A DNA stretch of 62,672 nt from an uncultured Candidatus Saccharibacteria bacterium (GTDB lineage: Bacteria > Patescibacteriota > Minisyncoccia > Phycocordibacterales > UBA9973): positions 1 through 62,672 of the forward strand of contig CAZWBZ010000004.1 in assembly GCA_964632605.1 (NCBI GenBank). Reading direction: 5' to 3'. Below are positions 34,698 through 42,401 of the stretch, one piece after another. A model generated the notes under the pieces. It had not been told where the DNA came from. It ran no database searches and was given only the letters and a program-made list of their open reading frames with translations. Made by a program: the position numbers and the translations under genes. Positions within the stretch are counted from its first letter, which is position 1. Each line of letters opens with the position of its first letter.

Positions 34698-35171
34698 ATG
34701 GATAACCAAAAAACAACATTAATTAATTTTTCAACTGAAGAACATACTCACTACAATAGAAGTAACGACTTTTATTGGGGATTAGGTATTGGGACTTTGG
34801 TTGCAGTTGTTTTAGCTTTTATTTTTAAAGATGGGCTTTTTGGGGTTTTGATTTTGATTGGGTCTGTTATGTATGGATATTCTTCTTGGAAGAAACCAGC
34901 TATCATAAATGTTTCTATTAGTGATAAAGATATTATTATTGGGGATGATTTATATTTAATCTCAAACATAGAATCTTTCCATGTATTGGACTTAAAGGGG
35001 GAGAAAGAATTAGTTCTTTCTATTCGCAGAAGTTACCAGCCGATTGTTTCAGTGTGTGTACCCGAAGAAAGCGCTTTTACTGTTAAAGATGTTCTTTCTT
35101 CTATGTTAATAGAAGACGATAAGTTAATGCCTCATATTGGTAGACGCTTTATGGCGCGCTATAAAATATAA
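34698..35171 (+). CDS. Two-TM membrane protein, function unknown
   Basis: ATG to TAA ORF with a hydrophobic hairpin (GLGIGTLVAVVLAFIF / GVLILIGSVMYGY). No recognisable motif. Confidence 0.45.
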   Translation: MDNQKTTLINFSTEEHTHYNRSNDFYWGLGIGTLVAVVLAFIFKDGLFGVLILIGSVMYGYSSWKKPAIINVSISDKDIIIGDDLYLISNIESFHVLDLKGEKELVLSIRRSYQPIVSVCVPEESAFTVKDVLSSMLIEDDKLMPHIGRRFMARYKI

Positions 35172-35210
35172 CTTGAAATAATCAGGTTTTTGTGTTACCG
35201 TAATTCTATT

Positions 35211-35282
35211 GCTCTCATCGTTCAATGGATAGGACATGGGTTTGCGGTACCTAAAATGTAGGTTCGATTCCTACTGAGAGCA
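35211..35282 (+). tRNA. tRNA-Arg, anticodon GCG (manual fold); CCA not encoded
   Basis: Perfect 7-bp acceptor stem (GCTCTCA/TGAGAGC). D arm GTTC/GGAC. Anticodon stem TGGGT/ACCTA with loop TT-GCG-GT. T arm GTAGG-TTCGATT-CCTAC. Discriminator A. Confidence 0.8.
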
Positions 35283-35288
35283 CAATAA

Positions 35289-35312
35289 ATACCCTTAAAG
35301 GGTATTTTTTTT
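35289..35312 (+). terminator. Hairpin + T8 run after the tRNA
   Basis: atacccttaaagggtat followed by tttttttt. Confidence 0.6.
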
Positions 35313-35432
35313 GTGCTCGAAAGCAAACACCTATGTGTTTGCGTGTAGGAATCGAAAGGCTTTTCGATGTGGATGAGAAATTTTATTTCGAATACACCGA
35401 AAAGGCATACTGTTCCTGTAAGGAAAGATTCC
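35313..35432 (+). other. tRNA-derived remnant or possible small structured RNA between two copies of the terminator
   Basis: Contains an anticodon-loop-like gtttgcg, and GTAGG...GATTCCTAC resembling the tRNA T arm split by ~73 nt. A 9-bp long-range helix pairs gtaggaatc (35345-35353) with gattcctac (35427-35435). Local hairpins include gcaaacac-ctat-gtgtttgc. Confidence 0.35.
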
Positions 35433-35455
35433 TACCCTTAAGGGGTATTTTTTTT
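35433..35455 (+). terminator. Second copy of the hairpin + T-run
   Basis: tacccttaaggggta followed by tttttttt. With the flanking gtgct it forms a ~26-nt direct repeat of 35291-35317. Confidence 0.5.
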
Positions 35456-35456
35456 G

Positions 35457-35465
35457 TGCTATAAT
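35457..35465 (+). promoter_or_regulatory. Extended -10 box (tgctataat) ending 7 nt before the ATG: leaderless-type promoter
   Basis: TGn+TATAAT at 35457-35465; ATG at 35473. Confidence 0.5.
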
Positions 35466-35472
35466 TATCTTA

Positions 35473-38400
35473 ATGAAATTAAACAGCAGGGTTAAATTTG
35501 CATTTAAATTAGCGTCTCTGGCGTTTTGTTTTTTGTTTATAATTTTTTACAAAATAATACCTGCTTTTAGTTCGTCTCCTTATATTGCATCTGACGTTAT
35601 TGGCCAAGGGGCTTTTAATCAAAATTTATCAGACAATTTAAACCCTAATCCAAATGGATTCAGTTCTCCTTACGGGGTTGTTTTGGATAATGTTAATCAT
35701 CGTCTTTGGGCTATAGATAAAAGTAATAGCCGTGTATTAGGCTTTAATTTAAATTCGGACAATACTCCACTAGATGATACTGCTGACTATGTCTTCGGGC
35801 AAGGTGGTAATTTAAATACAGGATACAGTAATAACCCTAATACTGGGGACGCTTCTGCTGATACTTTTAGTCAACCAGAAGGCATAACGATGGATGTAGA
35901 CAATCATCGTCTTTGGGTTTCGGATACAAACAATAGCCGTGTCTTGGGGTTTAATTTAAATTCAGACGGTACTCCTGCTGATACAACTGCTGACTATGTC
36001 TTTGGGCAAGCTGGTCTTTTTGATACAGCTTCAGCTTCTATCTCTGCTTCTGGTTTAGCAAATCCTTCTGGATTGGTTTTAGATAGAATTAACCATCGTC
36101 TTTGGGTTTCTGATAATGGTAACGAAAGAATAATTTATTTTAATCTTGATTCCAGCGGGGTACCACTAGATGATACTGCTGACTATGTTTTAGGTCAGGC
36201 TGGAAGTTTTGTGACTCAGGCGGGATGTCCTCCTTTTAATGCAACTAAAGTTTGTCAGTCTCGTGAACTTGCAATTGATTATACTAACCACCGTCTCTTT
36301 GTCTCGAATAGTTATTTAGATAGAGTTATCGCTTTTGATTTAGACAGTAGTAATGTGCCGCTGGATGACACTGCTGATTATGTATTTGGGCAATCGGGCA
36401 TATTTACTACATTTGGATGTCATTCTCCAGCAACGGCGGACAAGCTATGTTTTGCTAATGGTTTGGCTGTAGATGAAATCAATAATCGTCTTTTTGTTTC
36501 TGATACTAATAATAACCGTGTATTAATTTTTAATCTTGGTGTAGGCGGAGCTCCTACTGACACAACTGCTGACTATGTCTTTGGGCAAGGCGGTCTTTTT
36601 ACAGAAGAAGGGTGGACTGGATCAACTAACGAAACGCTAGGTGGCCCTCAGGGTATGGCGCTAGACCCAGTGAATCATTATTTGTATGTTGCCGAACAAA
36701 GCTCTAATAGATTAATAGGTTTTAGTTTAAATAGTTCTAATTTGCCGGACGATACAGTTGGAGATTTTGTCTTTGGTCAAAATTCTGATTTTAATTTAAG
36801 TAACCAAAACAGTAGATCTAGTCCTAATGCTTTTGGATTTAATGGACCCAACGCTAATTTATTAGACAGTGTTAATCATAAGATGTTTGTTGTTGATACT
36901 AACAATAATCGCGTCTTAATTTTTAACTTGGATAGTAATAATAATTTTGTCGATAAGACTGCTGACTATGTAATTGGTCAAGATGATTTTGATTACAATG
37001 ATTTTTGTGGAACTATTTCCGAGTCTTATTTGTGTGAACCTTCTGATTTAGCATTAGATAGTACAAACAACCGTCTTTGGGTTGTTGACCAGGGATACAG
37101 TAGAATACTGCAGTATAATTTAGACAGCTCTAACGCTCCATTGGATTCCATCGCTGACGCTGTTCTGGGTCAAGGAGACGAAGGGGATGTTTTGGACTTT
37201 ATTAGTGCTAATGCTGGACAAGGGAATCATCAACTTAATAACGTATCTAATATTGCGCTAGACTATTTAAACCATCGATTATTTGTTTCGGATACTGGTA
37301 ACAATAGAGTTGTCTTTTTTAACTTAGACAGCACTAATAATATAGTAGACAATGTTATTGATGGGGTTATTGGTCAACCTGATTTAGATGGTCTTAATAC
37401 AAATTGTAATTTAGGTGCATCTACTGACATAAACACATTGTGTACCCCAAAAGGCCTAGCTATAGACCAGATTAATTCAAGATTATTCGTTTCAGATAAT
37501 GATAACAATCGCGTGCTTGTTTTTAATATAAATCCAGATACTTTTACAAATGGAGAAGATGCTAGCTACATTTTAGGTCAACTTGATCAATTTGAGGGCG
37601 GAGGAAACCAAGGGTCTGGATCAATTATTGTTCAAAGTTCACTAAGAGAGCCTAGGGGTTTATCGTATAATCCTAATACAGGTAGACTTTATATCGTAGA
37701 TGAGAGAAACGGTAGAGTTGTTGTTTATAATGTAAATAGTTCTATTATTGCAACAGGTATGAATGCTGAAGCAGTACTTGGAACAGAAGATTTTTCTTCT
37801 TCTAACGAACGTACCAGTAACTATGAATTCGATACACCTTATGGTGTTAGTATTGATACTACTTCAAACAAAGTATATGTTGCTGATAGAAGTAATAACC
37901 GCATAATGCAATTTAATTTAGTAAATATTACTAAAGAAAGTTTGGCTAATGGAACGCAAGGTTCTTCTTACGGTGATACTGTGACTTCTTCTGGATCTCA
38001 AGGGACTGTATCCTACAGTATTATTTCTGGTTCTTTACCTGGTGGTCTAAATATTAATTCTGCTTCGGGGGCAATTTCTGGAACACCTAGTTCTTCCGGA
38101 AGTTATACTTTTGCAGTTGCAGCTGCTGATGATAATGGGGCTGTTGGTAGCTTCGTTGATTATAAGTCTTACACAATAAATATTGCATCTTCTGGTGGCG
38201 GAGGTTCAGTACCTGTCTCTATTTTGCAGTCAATGAGTAATGCTCTTCAAAATAAAATAGAGACCCCAGATACTAAAACAGACAAATCCCCAGAAGAAAT
38301 AAAAAATGTAGACCCAAAAATAGAAAACATACCAACTACTAAGAAATTCTCCGAGTTTTTAAGAATTTCTAATAACAAAACAGACGTAAAAGATTTACAA

Positions 38401-38622
38401 ATATTTTTAAATTCTCAAGGATACTTTGTCTCTAGATCTGGTCCTGGGTCTCCTGGAAATGAAACAAGCTTTTTTGGTAAAAAAACAAAAGCTGCCCTGG
38501 CTTTGTACCAAGAATTATATAGAGATGATATCTTAAAGCCATTAAATCTTAAAAAGGGTACAGGTTTCTTTGGGCCCTATACAATGCGTTTTGTTAATGC
38601 TATCTTAGAGAAGCAAAACTAA
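35473..38622 (+). CDS. Secreted NHL-repeat (double six-bladed propeller) protein with an Ig-like domain and a C-terminal peptidoglycan-binding domain
   Basis: About 12 units of ADYV.GQ...NHRLWVSDxxNxRVLxFNL, visible in DNA as a ~195-bp periodicity. LPGGLNINSASGAISGTPS is a putative-Ig motif. The C-terminus VKDLQIFLNSQGY...FFGKKTKAALALYQ is PG-binding-like. Confidence 0.8.
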   Translation: MKLNSRVKFAFKLASLAFCFLFIIFYKIIPAFSSSPYIASDVIGQGAFNQNLSDNLNPNPNGFSSPYGVVLDNVNHRLWAIDKSNSRVLGFNLNSDNTPLDDTADYVFGQGGNLNTGYSNNPNTGDASADTFSQPEGITMDVDNHRLWVSDTNNSRVLGFNLNSDGTPADTTADYVFGQAGLFDTASASISASGLANPSGLVLDRINHRLWVSDNGNERIIYFNLDSSGVPLDDTADYVLGQAGSFVTQAGCPPFNATKVCQSRELAIDYTNHRLFVSNSYLDRVIAFDLDSSNVPLDDTADYVFGQSGIFTTFGCHSPATADKLCFANGLAVDEINNRLFVSDTNNNRVLIFNLGVGGAPTDTTADYVFGQGGLFTEEGWTGSTNETLGGPQGMALDPVNHYLYVAEQSSNRLIGFSLNSSNLPDDTVGDFVFGQNSDFNLSNQNSRSSPNAFGFNGPNANLLDSVNHKMFVVDTNNNRVLIFNLDSNNNFVDKTADYVIGQDDFDYNDFCGTISESYLCEPSDLALDSTNNRLWVVDQGYSRILQYNLDSSNAPLDSIADAVLGQGDEGDVLDFISANAGQGNHQLNNVSNIALDYLNHRLFVSDTGNNRVVFFNLDSTNNIVDNVIDGVIGQPDLDGLNTNCNLGASTDINTLCTPKGLAIDQINSRLFVSDNDNNRVLVFNINPDTFTNGEDASYILGQLDQFEGGGNQGSGSIIVQSSLREPRGLSYNPNTGRLYIVDERNGRVVVYNVNSSIIATGMNAEAVLGTEDFSSSNERTSNYEFDTPYGVSIDTTSNKVYVADRSNNRIMQFNLVNITKESLANGTQGSSYGDTVTSSGSQGTVSYSIISGSLPGGLNINSASGAISGTPSSSGSYTFAVAAADDNGAVGSFVDYKSYTINIASSGGGGSVPVSILQSMSNALQNKIETPDTKTDKSPEEIKNVDPKIENIPTTKKFSEFLRISNNKTDVKDLQIFLNSQGYFVSRSGPGSPGNETSFFGKKTKAALALYQELYRDDILKPLNLKKGTGFFGPYTMRFVNAILEKQN

Positions 38623-39009
38623 ATGATATATCTAGGAATTGATTATGGTAAAAAATACATTGGACTGGCCTGTTCAGATGAAGGCGGGGTAATGGCTTTT
38701 CCTATGCACGTCTTAAAAAATAACAAAACAGTCATAAATATTATCGAAAAAATCTGCAGAGACAAAAATATTACAGGTATTGTTATAGGAGACTCTGTAG
38801 ACCAAAATGGTGTTAAGAATGACATAGCTCAAGATGCGGAAAAGTTCGGCCGAGATATAAAAGATAAATTAAATTTAGAAATTTATTACGAAAAAGAGCA
38901 GTTCACATCTGCCCATGCCCGCCACGGAGGCAGCGAGCAAAAAGGTAGAATAGACGCATCAGCAGCTGCACTAATATTACAAAGATTTTTAGAAAGAAAT
39001 AATAAATAA
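38623..39009 (+). CDS. ruvX: Holliday-junction resolvase-like nuclease RuvX/YqgF
   Basis: N-terminal LGIDYGKKYIGLA, VIGDS, and C-terminal IDASAAALILQRFL, all typical of YqgF. Confidence 0.8.
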   Translation: MIYLGIDYGKKYIGLACSDEGGVMAFPMHVLKNNKTVINIIEKICRDKNITGIVIGDSVDQNGVKNDIAQDAEKFGRDIKDKLNLEIYYEKEQFTSAHARHGGSEQKGRIDASAAALILQRFLERNNK

Positions 39010-39014
39010 TTTTT

Positions 39015-39341
39015 ATGATAAATATAGATACATTTAAGCAAACAGAAATTCGTATTGGTAAAATTTTATCTGCTGAAAAAGTAGAAGGATTAGACAAGAT
39101 TTTAAAATTGCGAGTAGACTTTGGCGAAACAGGAGAGCGCCAGATACTTTCTGGTATTGCTATGACTTTTACTGACCCAAATGTTTTGGTTGGTAAACTT
39201 TGTCCTTTTGTAACTAATTTAGAACCGCGCACAATTAAAGATTTAGAATCTCAGGGTATGATACTGGCACTAAAAGATGAAAATGGAATTGTTTTGCTTT
39301 CACCTGATCGTGATATTGCTCCGGGTTCTCTTGTAGGTTAA
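39015..39341 (+). CDS. tRNA-binding domain protein (CsaA/Trbp111/EMAP-like)
   Basis: IRIGKILSAEKVEG.DKILKLRVDFGE..RQILSGI...LESQGMILA pattern. Confidence 0.75.
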   Translation: MINIDTFKQTEIRIGKILSAEKVEGLDKILKLRVDFGETGERQILSGIAMTFTDPNVLVGKLCPFVTNLEPRTIKDLESQGMILALKDENGIVLLSPDRDIAPGSLVG

Positions 39342-39351
39342 AACTTTTAGA

Positions 39352-39360
39352 TGGTATACT
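39352..39360 (+). promoter_or_regulatory. Extended -10 box (tggtatact) ending 10 nt before the pilM ATG
   Basis: TGn+TATACT at 39352-39360; ATG at 39371. Confidence 0.4.
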
Positions 39361-39370
39361 AATATCATCT

Positions 39371-40453
39371 ATGGCACGTTCCAAATTATTTCAATTTTTC
39401 CCAATACCTCGGTATATTGTGATGCCATCTTTTGGTCTTGAAATATCAGAGAGAACCGTAAAATATGTCGAAATGCGTGAGACAGGAAATGGTCTTGTTG
39501 TTGGAGATTACGGTCTAGAGCATATTCCTGTTGGAGTAGTTGAAAAAGGTATTGTCGTTGACCCAGAAAAACTAATACCAGTTCTTGAATTAATTCGTAA
39601 AACAAAAAAAATAGAATCTGTGCGTATTTCTATACCAGAAGAACAGGTTTATACTTTCCAGACCGAAGTCGAAATGGTTCCTGGTATCGATTTACGAGAC
39701 ACCATTATGCTTGGTCTCGAAGGTTTTATTCCCGTACCTGCTGATACTGTTGAATTTGATTATGACGTAATAGAGCAAGTTGGCAATAAAGCCAAAGTCC
39801 AAGTATCTGCATCAGAGCAAAAGGTAATCGACGGGTATGTCGATGCTTGCAGCGCTGCTGGAATGGAAGTTGTGTCTTGTGAATACGAATCCCAGGCTTT
39901 AGCACGCGCTATAACTAAACCAAATGAACCCAGTGTTATCTTTGTGGTTGATATCGGGCACGCTTCTACTACAGCTTCTGTTGTTCAGGATGGGATGGTT
40001 GTTTCTTCTAGTACAATAGAGCGAGGCGGGGAAGAAGTCACTACGGCTTTAGCTGCTGTTTTGAATTTAGATAATAAAAAAGCCGAAGAAGTAAAACATA
40101 AGATTGGTATGAACGGCAGCGGCGAATATGCCGAAATGCCAGGCCTACTAAAGACAGCTTATATACCATTGTTTGATGAAATTATAAAACAGTATAATTC
40201 GTGGCTTTTGTATATCAGAGAGAGATCTAGTATGTATCGCCCAATTGATTATATTCAAATAGTTGGGACGGAAGCTTTGACCCCAGGATTCCTTGATCTA
40301 TTCCAAGCATCTTTTCATAAACCTGTATCTCTGGCTGACGTTTGGACAAGAATAGAAGCGGTTAGTGTTAGCGTGCCTAAAATTCATTTCGATGATTCTG
40401 TTATTTATGGTACGGCTATAGGGTTAGCGTTAGGAGCATTTGAAGTATGATAA
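39371..40453 (+). CDS. pilM: Type IV pilus assembly ATPase-like protein PilM; the end is extended by one codon under code 25
   Basis: Actin-like PilM pattern (GLEISERTVKYVEM, VDIGHASTT). The track ends at TGA 40448-40450, which is followed in frame by TAA 40451-40453. Confidence 0.8.
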
Positions 40454-41001
40454 ATTTATTACCTTATAATAAAAGAGCTCTTCTTAAATCTTCTTATAAA
40501 AAAAGATTAACTGTTGTTACTTTTGTTAGTGTTTCTATTGCCTTGATGCCATTAGTTTTGGTCTTACTGCTTTTATCTTACCTGCAAAGAATGGACTATT
40601 CAATTTTAAACACCGAATTTGATAATTTGAAATTGAATAACCAAGATTCAGAAGTAGATAAACTAACTAGCGACATTAAAAATTTTAATGCGGAGATATC
40701 AAATTTCCAGAACAGTTTAAACAAAACCAAAAATATTTCTCAGGATATAGTCTCCGCTGTAAATGTACGTCCGTCAGACGTTATTGTTAATAATTTTTCT
40801 TTTTCTAAGCAAGCAGATAAAACTGTCCTGGTTATAATGGGGGTTTCTGGAACTCGTGATTCTATAATTAAATATGGTTCTTCTTTGGATAAAAAGAATA
40901 ATGGTATTTGTTCTGACGTGTCACTGCCTGTTACTACCTATGCCAAAAAAGTCGATGTGCCATTTAGTATAACTTGTAGTATAAGCAATGAAAACAAATA
41001 A
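40447..41001 (+). CDS. pilN: PilN-like pilus assembly protein
   Basis: Canonical N-terminus MINLLP, a single TM helix, and ATGA-type overlap with pilM. Confidence 0.6.
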   Translation: MINLLPYNKRALLKSSYKKRLTVVTFVSVSIALMPLVLVLLLLSYLQRMDYSILNTEFDNLKLNNQDSEVDKLTSDIKNFNAEISNFQNSLNKTKNISQDIVSAVNVRPSDVIVNNFSFSKQADKTVLVIMGVSGTRDSIIKYGSSLDKKNNGICSDVSLPVTTYAKKVDVPFSITCSISNENK

Positions 41002-41662
41002 TTTTACATCAAGACTTTTAATTGCTGTAGCTATTTTTTTAGCGACTGTTTTTGCTATAGTTGTGGGGTTTTTACTTCTTCGTAGGTACTATTCAAGAGC
41101 TTTTGTGCTAAATGCCTCTATAAAAAATTTAAAAGAAGAAAGACTTAATTCTTCTCGGTCTAAAGAAGTATTCTTACAAAATGAAAAATCTATAGAAGTT
41201 CTTAAGTCTCATGAGGTTAAAAATAGAGATGAGATACCGCTTCTTGTAGAAGCTTTGGAATCCTATGCATTAGATTTGGAAATATCTTTAGACGTAAAAA
41301 CTATTAATTTAGACGAAACAAAAAAAGTTGCAAAAGTACTGCAGCCTACTGATTCACTACCTGATTCAAAAACTGCTCCTGCTGAAGCCGCTAAAAAAGA
41401 GTCAGGTAAAAATTTAACTATTGAAATTTCTTCTGATGGTGATTTTGATAAGCTTTTAAAACTGCTGCAGCTTTTTGAAAACGGGGATTATGTTTTAGCG
41501 ATGGATTCTTATTCTTTGAGACAGGTAGTAGTACTGGAATCTACTCGTCCTGGTGGAGAGCCTATTTATAGAGACGTCCGTAGCAATGACGATACTGATG
41601 CTGATGCTATAAAAACTTGGGCGCTTGATGCAAAATTAATTGTTCCAACTAATATAAAATAA
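40988..41662 (+). CDS. PilO-like bitopic membrane protein
   Basis: Position after pilMN, N-terminal TM helix followed by a coiled region. Assigned by context, not by a strong motif. Confidence 0.4.
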   Translation: MKTNNFTSRLLIAVAIFLATVFAIVVGFLLLRRYYSRAFVLNASIKNLKEERLNSSRSKEVFLQNEKSIEVLKSHEVKNRDEIPLLVEALESYALDLEISLDVKTINLDETKKVAKVLQPTDSLPDSKTAPAEAAKKESGKNLTIEISSDGDFDKLLKLLQLFENGDYVLAMDSYSLRQVVVLESTRPGGEPIYRDVRSNDDTDADAIKTWALDAKLIVPTNIK

Positions 41663-41663
41663 T

Positions 41664-42050
41664 ATGAAATTGTCAGAACTTTTTAAAAAAGATAAAAAAA
41701 AGACGGTAGTACCTCTAAGAAAATCAGTGGAGATTAATCCATTATTTTATTGGAAGAATATTTTAATTCTCATGGGAAGCATTTTAGTAGTAGCAGCTAT
41801 TTTATCTTTTGTTGTTTACTATATGGCAGAGAGGGGGATGATGGTAGATTCTAAAAGTAGAAATGAAGTCCAGGCTTTAGTTCTTACTAATTTTAATGAT
41901 TCTGGTCTTGCTAAAATAATATCTTCTTTTGAAGATAGGGCTACAAAAAGAAAAGAAATAATTAATTCCAAGGTTGAATTTTCAGACCCAAGCAAAAAAC
42001 CAGTTGTAAAATCTGGGGTTTTGCCAGTAGTGCAAAATCCAGCTCGTTAG
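41664..42050 (+). CDS. Bitopic membrane protein at the distal end of the pil operon, function unknown
   Basis: ATG to TAG ORF with one TM helix, tightly coupled to the upstream gene. Confidence 0.4.
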   Translation: MKLSELFKKDKKKTVVPLRKSVEINPLFYWKNILILMGSILVVAAILSFVVYYMAERGMMVDSKSRNEVQALVLTNFNDSGLAKIISSFEDRATKRKEIINSKVEFSDPSKKPVVKSGVLPVVQNPAR

Positions 42051-42067
42051 TGTATAAATATAGCTAT

Positions 42068-42397
42068 ATGGTAGACCTAAAAGAGCTTCAAAAGGAAGTA
42101 ATGCGTAATAAGCTAGAAAAAGGTTTCAATACAACAGATGTTGCTTTGGAATTTTGCCGTGCTCACGAAGAACTATCTGAAGCTTTTTCTAAATTTAATA
42201 AAAACCAAGATGGTGTAGCTGAAGAATTCGCCGATGTGGCAATATTCCTTTTAGGGATGTGCGAAATATTGGGGTATGACTTAGAGTCTGAACTTGTACA
42301 AAAAATCGAAAAAAACAAAAATAGAAAATATACCAAATCTAAATCTCCTGATGGTAAAGATATTTTTATAAGAGAAAAATCAGACATTGATCCGTAA
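42068..42397 (+). CDS. MazG-like (all-alpha) nucleoside triphosphate pyrophosphohydrolase
   Basis: EELSEA...EEFADVAIFLLGMCE...KIEKNKNRKY pattern. The ATG at 42068 is preferred over the track's GTG at 42050. Confidence 0.7.
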   Translation: MVDLKELQKEVMRNKLEKGFNTTDVALEFCRAHEELSEAFSKFNKNQDGVAEEFADVAIFLLGMCEILGYDLESELVQKIEKNKNRKYTKSKSPDGKDIFIREKSDIDP

Positions 42398-42401
42398 AAT
42401 T

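Noticed and set aside
35680-37900. Periodic ~195-bp DNA repeats (actgctgactatgtctttgggcaag...) that could suggest a CRISPR-like or satellite array
   Set aside because: They are in frame inside a continuous ORF and encode NHL propeller blades. The units are imperfect and lack the short-repeat/unique-spacer structure of CRISPR.
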